Shown here in pieces: positions 38,188-48,633 of a stretch of 64,000 nucleotides of DNA. Both the position numbers and the translations under genes were made by a program. The stretch comes from Caproicibacter sp. (GTDB taxonomy: Bacteria > Bacillota > Clostridia > Oscillospirales > Acutalibacteraceae), in NCBI GenBank assembly GCA_036260805.1, contig DATALZ010000016.1, positions 20,116 through 84,115 on the forward strand, given 5' to 3'. The notes below the pieces were generated by a model that saw only the letters and a program-made list of their open reading frames with translations, did not search any database and was not told where the DNA came from. Positions within the stretch are counted from its first letter, which is position 1, and the number at the start of each line of letters is the position of its first letter.

Positions 38188-40311
38188 TTAATCTTCCGGC
38201 CCGGCATATACAAAATCAATTCTGCCGCTTGCCACATCTGCCGAAACAACCTTTATTGTAAGAGGATGTCCTATTGTAAGGCGACTTCCGGTTTTTACAT
38301 CAACCTGAGTAATGACACCGTCAAAGCGGTAATCGGAATCCGGAAAACTGTCCATGGGAACGAATCCTTCAACCGAATTTTCCAATTCTACAAACACGCC
38401 ACGCTGGGTCACTCCGCTGATTACCCCATCGTAAACTTCGCCGATATGCTGAGTCATATACTCTGCCATGTAGCAGTCTTCCGCACTGCGTTCTGCCGAC
38501 ATGGCACGGATTTCCGCATCTGAAGACATTTTTGAGGCTTCCACGGCGAAGTCGGTAAAACGTTGCCGGAGCTTCTCGTGATCTTTTGTTTTCAGCATGG
38601 CGGTAAGAATACGATGAATTGCCGTGTCCGGATATCTACGGATTGGAGAAGTAAAGTGGCAGTAATCTTCCAGTGCTAACCCAAAATGGCCCAGCGGATT
38701 TACATCGTAACGAGCTTTTGCCATGGTACGAAGCAACTGGTGGGATATTACCTTTTGCGCTGGCGTCCCCTTTGCCTGCTCGAGAATATCTGCAAAGTCC
38801 GATGGAACAATTCTGCCGTCTTTGTGCTTCAGCGGTTTTGAATCCAGCCCTACGGCATCTACCAGCTGAATCAGAGTTTTGATTCTTTCGGGGTTCGGCT
38901 GCTCATGAACTCGATATACAAACGGAACACCGGCTGATTTGGCAAACTTTGCAGCAGCCCGGTTTGCCGTTATCATAAGGCATTCAATCATCTGCTCTGC
39001 TTCACCGCTTCTGCGCGGGCGCACGCTGACGCAGATACCCTCGTCATTCAATGTGAAAACAGACTCTGTACTTTCAAGATCAACAACGCCGTTTTGGTCA
39101 AACTTCTTTCTGAGTACGATTGCAAGCTCACGCGCCGCATTTAAAGAACGGATAACCGAAGTATATTTATGGCGAAGCGCTCGGTCCGCCGTACCCTCAA
39201 ACAGACTGTTAACCTCAGAGTATACACCGCGAACCTTGGAATGAATCACGCTTTTCCGGAAGCGGTAGGATTCGATATTTCCGTTTTTATCTAATTCAAT
39301 GAGTGCGGAAAAAGTCAGTTTATCTTCTCCCGCGTTCAGCGAACAGACCCCATTGGAAAGAGACTTCGGCAGCATTGGCACTACACGGTCTGCAAAATAG
39401 ACCGATGTGCCGCGGCTACGGGCTTCCAAATCCAGACTGCCGTCTGGCGCGATATAATGGGAAACATCTGCAATATGAACACCAAGGCGGAACCCGCCGT
39501 TCCGCTTTTTACTGACTGAAATAGCATCGTCAAGGTCTTTTGCATCTGCACCGTCGATTGTGCAGATAGAAAGCGTACGGAGGTCAAGCCTGCCTTTTAG
39601 GTCGGCCGGGGTGATATCTCTAGAAGCTGCGGTTTCAGCCTCAGCAAGCGCTTCTTTTGAAAATTCGGCTTGGATTCCGTATTGATCCAGAATGGCGTCG
39701 GCACAGATCTTTGCGCTGCCAGCTTTTCCGTAAATCTTAACAATTTCAGCTTCCAGCTCTGAAGAATGGATTTTTCTTCGAATTTTTGCCTGCACTTTAT
39801 CGCCGTTTCGAGCAAGCAGCGCGCTTTTTCTGGTAATCGGAATTTCGTAGCGTACAGCTATATCCGGCAGCAGTTTGTTATTTCCGTTTTCGGAACTGAA
39901 AGTCCCGGTGATGAGACGGCTGCTCTTCTCCGACACAACATCTACATCTGCACTAGGGCCTTTTGCGCTTTGTTGAACATGGGAAAGCAAAACTCTGTCT
40001 CCTACAAATGCGTTATTCAGTTTATCCGCATGAATAAAAACGTCTCCGCCGCCATCATCAGGGCGGGCAAACGCAAACCCTCTGGAAAGCGAAACAATTG
40101 TTGCCTCAATTGTATCCGCTTTTCGTGGAATATGAATCCTTTTCTTTTTGCTTACGGTAACTTTACCCTCTGCCTTCAGTTCATCCAATGCAGCAAAAAA
40201 TGCCTTTTTGCTGTTATTTACAACTTTCATTTTTTTCAGTAAACTGCGGACAGACAGGCTCTGCGGCGATTTCTGCAAAGAATGCAGAATTTTTTCTTTA
40301 AAGTCTTTCAA
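38188..40311 (-). CDS. rnr: Ribonuclease R
   Basis: TIDGADAKDLDDA, VHIADVSHY, HFTSPIRRYPD, S1 domain; downstream of secG. Confidence 0.95.
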   Translation of the reverse strand: MKDFKEKILHSLQKSPQSLSVRSLLKKMKVVNNSKKAFFAALDELKAEGKVTVSKKKRIHIPRKADTIEATIVSLSRGFAFARPDDGGGDVFIHADKLNNAFVGDRVLLSHVQQSAKGPSADVDVVSEKSSRLITGTFSSENGNNKLLPDIAVRYEIPITRKSALLARNGDKVQAKIRRKIHSSELEAEIVKIYGKAGSAKICADAILDQYGIQAEFSKEALAEAETAASRDITPADLKGRLDLRTLSICTIDGADAKDLDDAISVSKKRNGGFRLGVHIADVSHYIAPDGSLDLEARSRGTSVYFADRVVPMLPKSLSNGVCSLNAGEDKLTFSALIELDKNGNIESYRFRKSVIHSKVRGVYSEVNSLFEGTADRALRHKYTSVIRSLNAARELAIVLRKKFDQNGVVDLESTESVFTLNDEGICVSVRPRRSGEAEQMIECLMITANRAAAKFAKSAGVPFVYRVHEQPNPERIKTLIQLVDAVGLDSKPLKHKDGRIVPSDFADILEQAKGTPAQKVISHQLLRTMAKARYDVNPLGHFGLALEDYCHFTSPIRRYPDTAIHRILTAMLKTKDHEKLRQRFTDFAVEASKMSSDAEIRAMSAERSAEDCYMAEYMTQHIGEVYDGVISGVTQRGVFVELENSVEGFVPMDSFPDSDYRFDGVITQVDVKTGSRLTIGHPLTIKVVSADVASGRIDFVYAGPED

Positions 40312-40340
40312 AGTACTCCTCCCTATTTACCCAGTGATGC

Positions 40341-40371
40341 AAAAAGCGCCCCGCTTTGAAGCGGGGCGCTT
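40341..40371 (-). terminator. Intrinsic terminator between secG and rnr
   Basis: AAGCGCCCCGCTT-caa-AGCGGGGCGCTTTTT. Confidence 0.8.
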
Positions 40372-40379
40372 AGAATGTC

Positions 40380-40631
40380 TTACTTCATGAAGAAGAACAT
40401 ATAAGCGTTAATCAGGATTACCAAAGCAAAAAATCCGATAGCAATTATCTTCGTCCACCGAGCTAAGAACGAGTCGATGGAACGTGCCTGATTTTTTGAA
40501 AGGAAAGTGTCGGCGCCGCCCGTTATTACGCCAACATTCTGCTGATGGCCTTCCTGCATAAGAACCACTATCGTAATGGCAACTGAAAAAATCATTAAAA
40601 TAATACCGAATATAATTTCACCTACAGACAT
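40380..40631 (-). CDS. secG: Preprotein translocase subunit SecG
   Basis: 83 aa, two TM helices, VLMQ...GVITGGA linker; secG-rnr synteny. Confidence 0.9.
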   Translation of the reverse strand: MSVGEIIFGIILMIFSVAITIVVLMQEGHQQNVGVITGGADTFLSKNQARSIDSFLARWTKIIAIGFFALVILINAYMFFFMK

Positions 40632-40859
40632 ATTTTACCTCCAAAATAATAAACTATACCTACCTAATACAGTGATGATATCACAAAATATTGGTATTTG
40701 CAAGGATTTTGCGTATTTTTCAATTCCTTTTGTATATTGATTGTCTGTTAGGACATGCTATTCACGGATAGAAAAGCGATTGCGTTTGCCGCTTATGCTG
40801 TCCCGCTGCAGAGAAGTTATTGACTTTTCTGCAGCGTTTTTCATTTCATCGGCTAAATT

Positions 40860-43088
40860 TTACGAGAGCTGAAGCTGTTCTCCCTGTTCTTCCTGCGGCG
40901 GAACCGAACCTGCGGCAGGAATATTTTTGCGGTACCTTTCCGGTTTTTGAAGTGTTCCCTCTTCATAAAGTTTCACCTGCATAAGCCGTGCTCCCCTGCG
41001 CAGCGTCATGGCAGCTACCCCCTGTGTTCCCCGAGTAGTTTTGCTTGGGACTGCACCGGTATGAACCAGTAAGACCTTGCCCTGCGATGAAGTAAACATA
41101 AATTCGTGGTCTTCTTCGATTTTTACACATGAGACAAGGGGTGATTTGTCGCAGTAAGCCTTAACCAGCTTTTTGCGGTTTGTTTTTGTTTCATAAGCGG
41201 TTAAATCAACTTTAGCGGCTTTTCCGTTTTCAAAGAAGAAAACCATATATCCGGCATAATCCTTGGTAACCGCCATATAAACCGGACTTTCTCCCTCTTC
41301 CATACCGAGTTTCGCCGGGATGAATTCCCCAAGTACACTGGCTTTTGTATCCGGGAAATCGGATGCCTTTGCCTTATAAACGGTGCATTTGTCGGTAAAG
41401 AAAAGCAGATCTGCAGAATTGAAGCTTTCAATCTGCTGGGCGATTTCGTCGCCTTCTTTCAGCTTCTGTTCACCGCTCATGCGCAGAGACTGGGGCGTAA
41501 TTTTTTTGAAATAGCCGTCTTTCGAAAAGAACAGATTTACAGGATAGTCCGGCGTATCATCTTCTGGAAGCTCTTCCAGCTCACTCTGGTACACCAACAT
41601 GGATTTGCGCGGCTGGCCATACTTCTTCGCTACCTCATCCAGCTCCTGTAGGATAATTTTTCGGATTTCGGCTTCGCTGCCCAGAATTTTTTGAAGATTT
41701 TCAATGTCTTTTTCCATTTGGGCTGTCTCTGCCGTACGCTTCAGAATATATTCACGGTTCAAATGCCTCAGTTTAATTTCCGCTACATATTCCGCCTGTT
41801 TTTCATCAATTCCAAACCCAATCATCAGGTTTGGCACTACTTCCGCCTCTTCTTCTGTTTTACGGACAATTGAAACCGCTTTGTCGATATCCAGCAAAAT
41901 TGCCTGCAGTCCCTTTAAAAGGTGCAGCTTTTCCTGAAGGTTTTTTAAGTCGAAGGTTGTGCGGCGGCGAACACACTGAATTCGGAATTTTGTCCATTCA
42001 TTCAACAGTTCCCGGACACCCATCACACGCGGTACTCCACCCACGAGAACATTAAAATTGCAGGAAAAACTGTCTTCCAAAGGCGTCATTCGAAACAGCT
42101 TTTGCATTAATCGTTCGGGATCGGTTCCGCGCTTTAAATCAATCGTGATTTTAAGTCCTGCAAGACCGGTTTCATCACGGATATCAGAAATTTCTCTCAC
42201 TTTGCCTTGTTTTACAAGGTCGATGGTTTTCTCGATGATTGCTTCAATCGTAGTCGTCGGCGGAATCTGGGTAATATCAATGCAGTTTGCATCCGCGTCG
42301 TAAGAGTACCTTGAACGCACGCGGACGGAGCCTCGCCCTGTGCGGTAAATCTTCTCAAGCTCCTGCCTGTTGTAAATAATCTGGCCCCCACCGGAAAAAT
42401 CAGGAGCAGGCATCGTAGAAAGAATATCATGCTCCGGGTTTTTAATACAAGCCTGCGCAGTTTTACAAACCTCAGCAAGATTGAAGGAGCAGATAGAACT
42501 TGCCATTCCTACGGCAATACCCGTGTTCGCGTTTACCAGCACAGTAGGGAAAGTCGCCGGAAACAGCGTAGGCTCTTTTGTTGTATTATCGTAGTTATCA
42601 GCAAAATCGACGGTATCTTTTTCAATATCCCGGAAAAGCTCCTGGCTGATGCTGTCCAGCTTCGCTTCTGTATAACGGGATGCAGCACATGCCATATCTC
42701 TGGAATAAAATTTTCCGAAGTTGCCCTTTGAATCTACATAAGCGTGGAGAAGCGCTTCATACCCTCGGCTCAGACGCACCATCGTATCGTAAATCGCGCC
42801 TTCACCATGTGGATTTAGCTTCATGGTCTGGCCGACAATATTGGAACTTTTTGTCCTTGTTGACCCTAAAAGTCCCATTTTGTACATCGTATAAAGCAGC
42901 TTACGGTGAGACGGCTTAAATCCGTCGATTTCCGGGATGGCGCGCGACATGATCACGCTGATTGCATACGGCATGTAATTTGTTTCGAGAGTATTTGTAA
43001 TCTGCTGCGATATTATTTCTCCGGCACCCTCAATCACGCCGTGGGCCTTCGGCTGACCCGCAGGATGCCCTGAATGTGTTTTTTTCAT
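40860..43088 (-). CDS. Type IIA topoisomerase subunit A (ParC/GyrA family, probably topo IV-like)
   Basis: SRAIPEIDGFKPSHR, PHG, SRYTEA (catalytic Tyr), GIAVGMA; 742 aa with short CTD and no recognisable GyrA-box. Confidence 0.88.
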   Translation of the reverse strand: MKKTHSGHPAGQPKAHGVIEGAGEIISQQITNTLETNYMPYAISVIMSRAIPEIDGFKPSHRKLLYTMYKMGLLGSTRTKSSNIVGQTMKLNPHGEGAIYDTMVRLSRGYEALLHAYVDSKGNFGKFYSRDMACAASRYTEAKLDSISQELFRDIEKDTVDFADNYDNTTKEPTLFPATFPTVLVNANTGIAVGMASSICSFNLAEVCKTAQACIKNPEHDILSTMPAPDFSGGGQIIYNRQELEKIYRTGRGSVRVRSRYSYDADANCIDITQIPPTTTIEAIIEKTIDLVKQGKVREISDIRDETGLAGLKITIDLKRGTDPERLMQKLFRMTPLEDSFSCNFNVLVGGVPRVMGVRELLNEWTKFRIQCVRRRTTFDLKNLQEKLHLLKGLQAILLDIDKAVSIVRKTEEEAEVVPNLMIGFGIDEKQAEYVAEIKLRHLNREYILKRTAETAQMEKDIENLQKILGSEAEIRKIILQELDEVAKKYGQPRKSMLVYQSELEELPEDDTPDYPVNLFFSKDGYFKKITPQSLRMSGEQKLKEGDEIAQQIESFNSADLLFFTDKCTVYKAKASDFPDTKASVLGEFIPAKLGMEEGESPVYMAVTKDYAGYMVFFFENGKAAKVDLTAYETKTNRKKLVKAYCDKSPLVSCVKIEEDHEFMFTSSQGKVLLVHTGAVPSKTTRGTQGVAAMTLRRGARLMQVKLYEEGTLQKPERYRKNIPAAGSVPPQEEQGEQLQLS

Positions 43089-43158
43089 ATTTCTTTCAGC
43101 CCCTAAACTATTCTGTGTTCTATTCGAAAGGAAACACCAATCAAGCTTTTATGAAAGG

Positions 43159-45138
43159 TCAGCTCAAATCTGCCAGTTCAAGATAATGCCAACCGTTCTC
43201 GGCAATAAAATTTTTTCTGCCTTCCAAATCATCACCCAGTAAAAGATCAAAAACATGGCTTGTCCGGTCGGCTTCTTCCGGCATTACGCGAATCAGGCGC
43301 CGCGTCGTCGGGTTCATAGTCGTCAGATTCATCATATCCGGCTCGTTTTCGCCAAGTCCTTTTGAACGCTGAATGGTGAATTTTTTTCCTTCCAACTGTT
43401 TGAGAAAATGGTCTTTCTCTTTTTCGGTATAGGCAAAATATGTTTCATCTTTTGCCTTGATTTCAAACAGCGGAGACTCCGCAATAAAAACCTTCCCTGC
43501 ATCAATTAAGGCCGGAGTAAGCCTGTAGAGCATCGTCAGCAGCAGAGTACGAATCTGATATCCGTCTACATCGGCATCGGTGCAGAGAATGATTTTATTC
43601 CAGCGCAGCGAGTCCATGTCGAACGAAGACAGGTCCTTATTTGCCTTGGATTTCACCTGTACCCCGCAGCCAAGAACCTTTAAGAGGTCGGTAATAGTCT
43701 CACTCTTAAAAATTTTCTCGTAGTCTGCTTTCAGGCAGTTTAGAGGTTTACCGCGAATTGGCATAATTGCCTGAAAGTTCGGGTCACGTGCCTGCTTACA
43801 GGCGCCCAGAGCGGAATCGCCTTCCACGATGAAAATTTCCTTTTCATTTACATCGCGGCTGCGGCAGTCCACAAACTTTGCAACCCGGCTTGCCATATCC
43901 ATGTTACCGGAAAGCTTTTTCTTCATGTTCAACCGGGTTTTTTCCGCGTCCTCACGGCTGCGCTTATTCACCAGCACCTGCCCGGCAATTTTATCCGCAT
44001 CGAGTGGATTCTCAATAAAATAAACTTCAAGCTGATGGCGGAGCACTTCCGTCATAGCCTCCTGGATGCCTTTGTTCGTAATCGCTTTTTTGGTTTGGTT
44101 TTCGTAGGATGTGCGGTTTGAAAATGAAGAAATAATCAAAATCAGGCAGTCCTGAACGTCGTTAAAAGTAATTTTGCTCTCATTCTTATTGTACTTATTT
44201 GTTTGCTTTAAGTAAGAATCAATCTGATAGACGAAGGCATTCCGCGCAGCCTTGTCCGGCGCACCACCGTGTTCCAGCCAGCTTGAATTGTGGTAGTATT
44301 CAATGACTGGATTTCGGTTGGAGAACGCAACGGCAAGGTTTATTTTCACGTTGTACTCAGGCTTGTCCTCGCGGTCCCGAACTCTGCGCTCGGCCTGCCA
44401 GAACTGAACAGGAGTTAAGGAATCTTCGCCGGCAATCTCCTTGGCGTGGTCAACGATTCCCTCATGATACAAATATTCCGTTTTCTCAAAGCCTGAATCG
44501 GTTTCGTTGCGGAACAGGAAGCTGATTCCTTCGTTGACGATTGCCTGACGTTTTAAAATATCAAGATAATATTCGGCTGGCACACGAATATCGGTAAAAA
44601 CCTGCAGATCAGGTTTCCAGCGTATTTTTGTGCCGGTATCGCGCCCGGAGTATGGCTCTTTGTGAAGTTCCCCCACATTTTCGCCATGCTCGAAGTGCAG
44701 AGTATAGCGCATACCATCGCGCCGAATATCAACATCCATATATTCCGACGAATACTGTGTTGAGCAAAGACCAAGTCCGTTTAGGCCGAGAGAATATTCG
44801 TAACTTTCGTCCTCGTCATTGTTATATTTGCCGCCGGCGTACAGTTCACAGAATACAAGCTCCCAGTTCCAGCGCTGTTCAGCATTATTGAATTCAACTG
44901 GGATACCGCGGCCGTGGTCTTCCACCTCAACCGAATTATCCTGATATCTGGTAACAACAATCTGTTTGCCGAAGCCTTCCCGCGCCTCGTCAATAGAATT
45001 TGATATAATTTCCAGTATGGAATGTTCGCAGCCTTCAAGACCATCTGAACCAAAAATGACAGCCGGACGCCGACGCACACGGTCTGCCCCTTTTAAAGCA
45101 GAGATGCTTTCATTTCCATATTCTTTTTTTAATGCCAT
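43159..45138 (-). CDS. Type IIA topoisomerase subunit B (ParE/GyrB family)
   Basis: EIISNSIDE, DHGRGIP, EGDSA, PIRGK, DADVDG, KGLGE. Confidence 0.9.
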   Translation of the reverse strand: MALKKEYGNESISALKGADRVRRRPAVIFGSDGLEGCEHSILEIISNSIDEAREGFGKQIVVTRYQDNSVEVEDHGRGIPVEFNNAEQRWNWELVFCELYAGGKYNNDEDESYEYSLGLNGLGLCSTQYSSEYMDVDIRRDGMRYTLHFEHGENVGELHKEPYSGRDTGTKIRWKPDLQVFTDIRVPAEYYLDILKRQAIVNEGISFLFRNETDSGFEKTEYLYHEGIVDHAKEIAGEDSLTPVQFWQAERRVRDREDKPEYNVKINLAVAFSNRNPVIEYYHNSSWLEHGGAPDKAARNAFVYQIDSYLKQTNKYNKNESKITFNDVQDCLILIISSFSNRTSYENQTKKAITNKGIQEAMTEVLRHQLEVYFIENPLDADKIAGQVLVNKRSREDAEKTRLNMKKKLSGNMDMASRVAKFVDCRSRDVNEKEIFIVEGDSALGACKQARDPNFQAIMPIRGKPLNCLKADYEKIFKSETITDLLKVLGCGVQVKSKANKDLSSFDMDSLRWNKIILCTDADVDGYQIRTLLLTMLYRLTPALIDAGKVFIAESPLFEIKAKDETYFAYTEKEKDHFLKQLEGKKFTIQRSKGLGENEPDMMNLTTMNPTTRRLIRVMPEEADRTSHVFDLLLGDDLEGRKNFIAENGWHYLELADLS

Positions 45139-45168
45139 TCTCTTTCCTCCACTAGGAATATATTAGGG

Positions 45169-45933
45169 CTACAGGATTTCAACTCCACCAAAAACAGAAG
45201 TATAGCGTATAGTTAGAAGCGGCAAAGACGGATCGTTTGGCCGCATAACCCTGCATCTGCAGCCGCCGAATATTGGTACGCCCTTTACCTGCAGGCGGCA
45301 GTCTTCCGGAACGAAAATAGTAACGTTTCCAAAGATCGCAACAGCATCCACAACAGCTCCGTTTACAGGAACGCAGCCGCGTAGATTATACATTACATTT
45401 CCAAATACAGCAGTAAGAGCTGCGCTCAGAAACGAGCGCGAATCATTTGCGATTCTGAGATTTGAAAAGACAGAAGTATGACTTATAGTTTCATTCGTTT
45501 CTCTGTTAACCCAGCCATCATTATTAAAAGGCGGGGTATTCTGACCAGGATTGCTGTATTGTGCGTTTCCGGGACTATTTGTAAAGACCGAAGGATCACC
45601 GGAATTATAATTTCGGAATTTTCTGCGGGTACCGCCGAACAGCAGTTCCAAACCGATCAGTAAAAACACGCCTACCCAAATTAAGCTGCCGCCAAGCCCT
45701 TCTGGGAGCCAGCCTCGCGAAAGAGCTAGCAGCCAAGCACCAACTAAAACAAGCGCAGTGTTCCAAATTTCAATACCATAGTCCAACATACCGGCAATAC
45801 CGGGAACAATCAGAAATAATGTCCACCATCCGGTAAAATCAATATTCCACAGGTTGGTTGAGTTTCCAAAAATCACTACCGCCGCACAAAGAAATATGAC
45901 GCCCATAAGGATTCTTGTTGAATTTCTTTTCAT
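45169..45933 (-). CDS. LiaF-like cell-envelope stress membrane protein
   Basis: Four N-terminal TM segments, N/P-rich linker, repeated (S/A)(V/I)FG beta-strand motifs as in LiaF/DUF2154. Confidence 0.7.
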   Translation of the reverse strand: MKRNSTRILMGVIFLCAAVVIFGNSTNLWNIDFTGWWTLFLIVPGIAGMLDYGIEIWNTALVLVGAWLLALSRGWLPEGLGGSLIWVGVFLLIGLELLFGGTRRKFRNYNSGDPSVFTNSPGNAQYSNPGQNTPPFNNDGWVNRETNETISHTSVFSNLRIANDSRSFLSAALTAVFGNVMYNLRGCVPVNGAVVDAVAIFGNVTIFVPEDCRLQVKGVPIFGGCRCRVMRPNDPSLPLLTIRYTSVFGGVEIL

Positions 45934-46085
45934 AAAATACAGCCTTTCCGCAGCAATACTCTAAAGGTGCTAAAATGAACCTCGCCACGGCAAACGACGG
46001 AGTATTGCACCTCAGTTCATAATATATGATTATATTGTGTAATTCTTTACACAAACCCAAAGGAAAACAGCTGGCAGAACACAGC

Positions 46086-46114
46086 AAAAAGGGAATGTCA
46101 CTGCATTCCCTTTT
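46086..46114 (-). terminator. Intrinsic terminator after ftsH
   Basis: AAAAGGGAATG...CATTCCCTTTT. Confidence 0.8.
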
Positions 46115-46120
46115 GAAATA

Positions 46121-48040
46121 TTATTCAGTCGGTTCCTGATTCATTTGCTGTTCCGCATAGCTCCCAGGCGATGTTTCGGGAAAATCAGTTGATTGCGGTT
46201 TGCTGCTTTCATCCATCAGCTTTGCGAATTCTTCGCCGCCCATTTTCTCGTTCTCAAACAAAGCTTTTGCAACCAGATGAAGCTGGTCAATATGCTCTTT
46301 TAGGATGCTCTCTGTCTTTTGGTACGCCTCAAGCATCATCCGCTTAATTTCGCGGTCAATTGCACATGACGTCGCTTCTGAATAATCGCGGATATGACCC
46401 ATATCGCGGCCAAGGAACGGCTCGCTATCATCGCGGCCGTAAGTGATTGGCCCAAGTTCTTCGGACATACCGTACTTTGCAATCATACTGTGAGCAAGTT
46501 TGGTCGCACGCTCAATGTCGTTGGACGCTCCGGTTGAAATATCATCCAGAGTAAGCGACTCAGATACACGGCCGCCAAGCATAACAACAAGGTCTTCTTC
46601 CATTTCTTTGCGCGTATGATAGGAGCGGTCTTCTGTTGGAATCTGCATGGTATAACCGCCTGCCATGCCGCGCGGTATAATGGAAATCTGATGGACAGGA
46701 TCCTGCGTTGGGCAGTAATAAGTAGCTACTGCATGCCCCGCTTCATGGTATGCCGTCAGTTTCTTTTCTTTCTCTGTCATGACATGGCTCTTTTTCTCGG
46801 TTCCAACAACAACTTTTATTGTGGCTTCCTCAATTTCAGCCATGGTAATTGCTTTCAGGCTTTTTCTGGCGGCCAGCAGCGCAGATTCATTTAAAAGATT
46901 CTCCAGATCAGCACCGGTAAATCCTGCAGTTGACTTGGCAATTGTCTTCAGGTCGACATCCGGCCCAATCGGCTTATTGCGCGCATGAACCTTCAGGATT
47001 TCTTCACGGCCCTTGATATCCGGGTAGCCAACCATAACCTGACGGTCAAAACGGCCAGGTCGCATCAATGCAGGGTCAAGAATATCCGGGCGGTTTGTAG
47101 CGGCGATCATAATTACGCCTTCATTCGCACCGAAACCGTCCATTTCAACAAGCAGCTGGTTCAGCGTCTGCTCACGTTCATCGTGTCCGCCGCCTAAACC
47201 GGCGCCGCGCTGACGACCCACCGCATCAATTTCATCAATAAAAATGATGCATGGAGAATTCTTTTTCGCCTGCTCAAACAAATCACGCACACGGGATGCA
47301 CCAACACCGACAAACATTTCTACAAAGTCGGAGCCGGAAATTGAAAAGAACGGCACTCCCGCTTCGCCGGCAACTGCACGGGCAAGCAGAGTTTTACCGG
47401 TACCCGGAGGGCCTACAAGCAAAACGCCCTTTGGAATACGGGCACCCAGTTCATTATATTTGCGGGGATTTTTGAGAAATTCTACGATTTCGCGCAGTTC
47501 TTCCTTTTCTTCATCTGCGCCGGCTACGTCTGCAAATGTAGTTTTGCGCTTTTCATCTGCCATTTGCTTGATTTTAGCCTTGCCGAAATTCATCTGCTTG
47601 CCGGCATCGCCCATACTTGTGTTGAGGCGCTTCATCATAATCCACCAGAAAACGCCAACAACAACAAGCAGCAGCAAGGTAGGCATTAAACTTGAAAGCC
47701 AAGAAGTCTCCGCCGGCTTGTTTAAGTTGAAATCCATTCTGGCATTCGGGTGAGCTTTGTTATAATCTTCAACATATGGCTTAATCTGTTCAAGCAGCAG
47801 TCCGGCATTCGGAGCAACGTAATTAATCGTCTTTCCGCCGGTGAGCGTAATGCTCATATCTCCGCTGCCCAGATCCAGAGTATATTTCGTAACCTTCTGG
47901 TCTTCAAAATAGTAAATTATTTCAGAATACTTATGCTGCTCTTCCGATGGACGCGTAAAGACCATTACAAGCAGAATCATAATCAGCACGGGTATTCCGA
48001 TAAACAGCCCTATATTTTTCAGTGCCTTTTTATTGTCCAA
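46121..48040 (-). CDS. ftsH: ATP-dependent zinc metalloprotease FtsH
   Basis: Two TM segments, [28 protein letters not shown]. Confidence 0.98.
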   Translation of the reverse strand: MDNKKALKNIGLFIGIPVLIMILLVMVFTRPSEEQHKYSEIIYYFEDQKVTKYTLDLGSGDMSITLTGGKTINYVAPNAGLLLEQIKPYVEDYNKAHPNARMDFNLNKPAETSWLSSLMPTLLLLVVVGVFWWIMMKRLNTSMGDAGKQMNFGKAKIKQMADEKRKTTFADVAGADEEKEELREIVEFLKNPRKYNELGARIPKGVLLVGPPGTGKTLLARAVAGEAGVPFFSISGSDFVEMFVGVGASRVRDLFEQAKKNSPCIIFIDEIDAVGRQRGAGLGGGHDEREQTLNQLLVEMDGFGANEGVIMIAATNRPDILDPALMRPGRFDRQVMVGYPDIKGREEILKVHARNKPIGPDVDLKTIAKSTAGFTGADLENLLNESALLAARKSLKAITMAEIEEATIKVVVGTEKKSHVMTEKEKKLTAYHEAGHAVATYYCPTQDPVHQISIIPRGMAGGYTMQIPTEDRSYHTRKEMEEDLVVMLGGRVSESLTLDDISTGASNDIERATKLAHSMIAKYGMSEELGPITYGRDDSEPFLGRDMGHIRDYSEATSCAIDREIKRMMLEAYQKTESILKEHIDQLHLVAKALFENEKMGGEEFAKLMDESSKPQSTDFPETSPGSYAEQQMNQEPTE

Positions 48041-48081
48041 AAACGATTCACTCCTTATTGACGCCGGTTTTAACCCACAGG

Positions 48082-48630
48082 TCAGCCACCGTAAACCTCC
48101 GGCTTTAAAATTCCGACAAATGGGAGATTTCTGTATTTTTCGGCATAATCGAGACCGTAGCCTACAATAAACTCATCCGGAACAACCGTACCTACATAAT
48201 CTGCGCTGATGTTCACGGTGCGGCGGTCCGGCTTGTCAAACAAAGTGCAAAGATGGATGCTTTTGGGGCCGCGGGCCTGAAGAATCTCTACAATATAGCT
48301 TAATGTAAGGCCGCTGTCGAGAATATCTTCAACAATCAGAACATCCCAGCCTTTTAAATCAATATCAAGATCCTTAATAATTTTAACTACGCCGGAAGTC
48401 TTGACCCCGGAACCGTAGCTGGAAACTGCCATGAAATCTATGCTGCAGGGTATGGTTATAGAACGCATCAGGTCGGCCATAAAGACTACAGAGCCTTTCA
48501 GGATGCTGACCATCAGCAGGTTTTTCCCCTCATAATCTTTACTGATACGCGCACCGATGCTATGAACAATTTCATTGAGTTTTTCCTTGCTGTAAAGTAC
48601 TTCCTTAATGTCGTCTTCCATGCTATGCAC
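48082..48630 (-). CDS. hpt: Hypoxanthine phosphoribosyltransferase
   Basis: [24 protein letters not shown]; the start may be ATG 48621. Confidence 0.96.
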   Translation of the reverse strand: MHSMEDDIKEVLYSKEKLNEIVHSIGARISKDYEGKNLLMVSILKGSVVFMADLMRSITIPCSIDFMAVSSYGSGVKTSGVVKIIKDLDIDLKGWDVLIVEDILDSGLTLSYIVEILQARGPKSIHLCTLFDKPDRRTVNISADYVGTVVPDEFIVGYGLDYAEKYRNLPFVGILKPEVYGG

Positions 48631-48633
48631 TGT

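Noticed and set aside
46000-46018. AACTGAGGTG resembling a second T-box
   Set aside because: Lacks the UGGNACC bulge, stem I and terminator.
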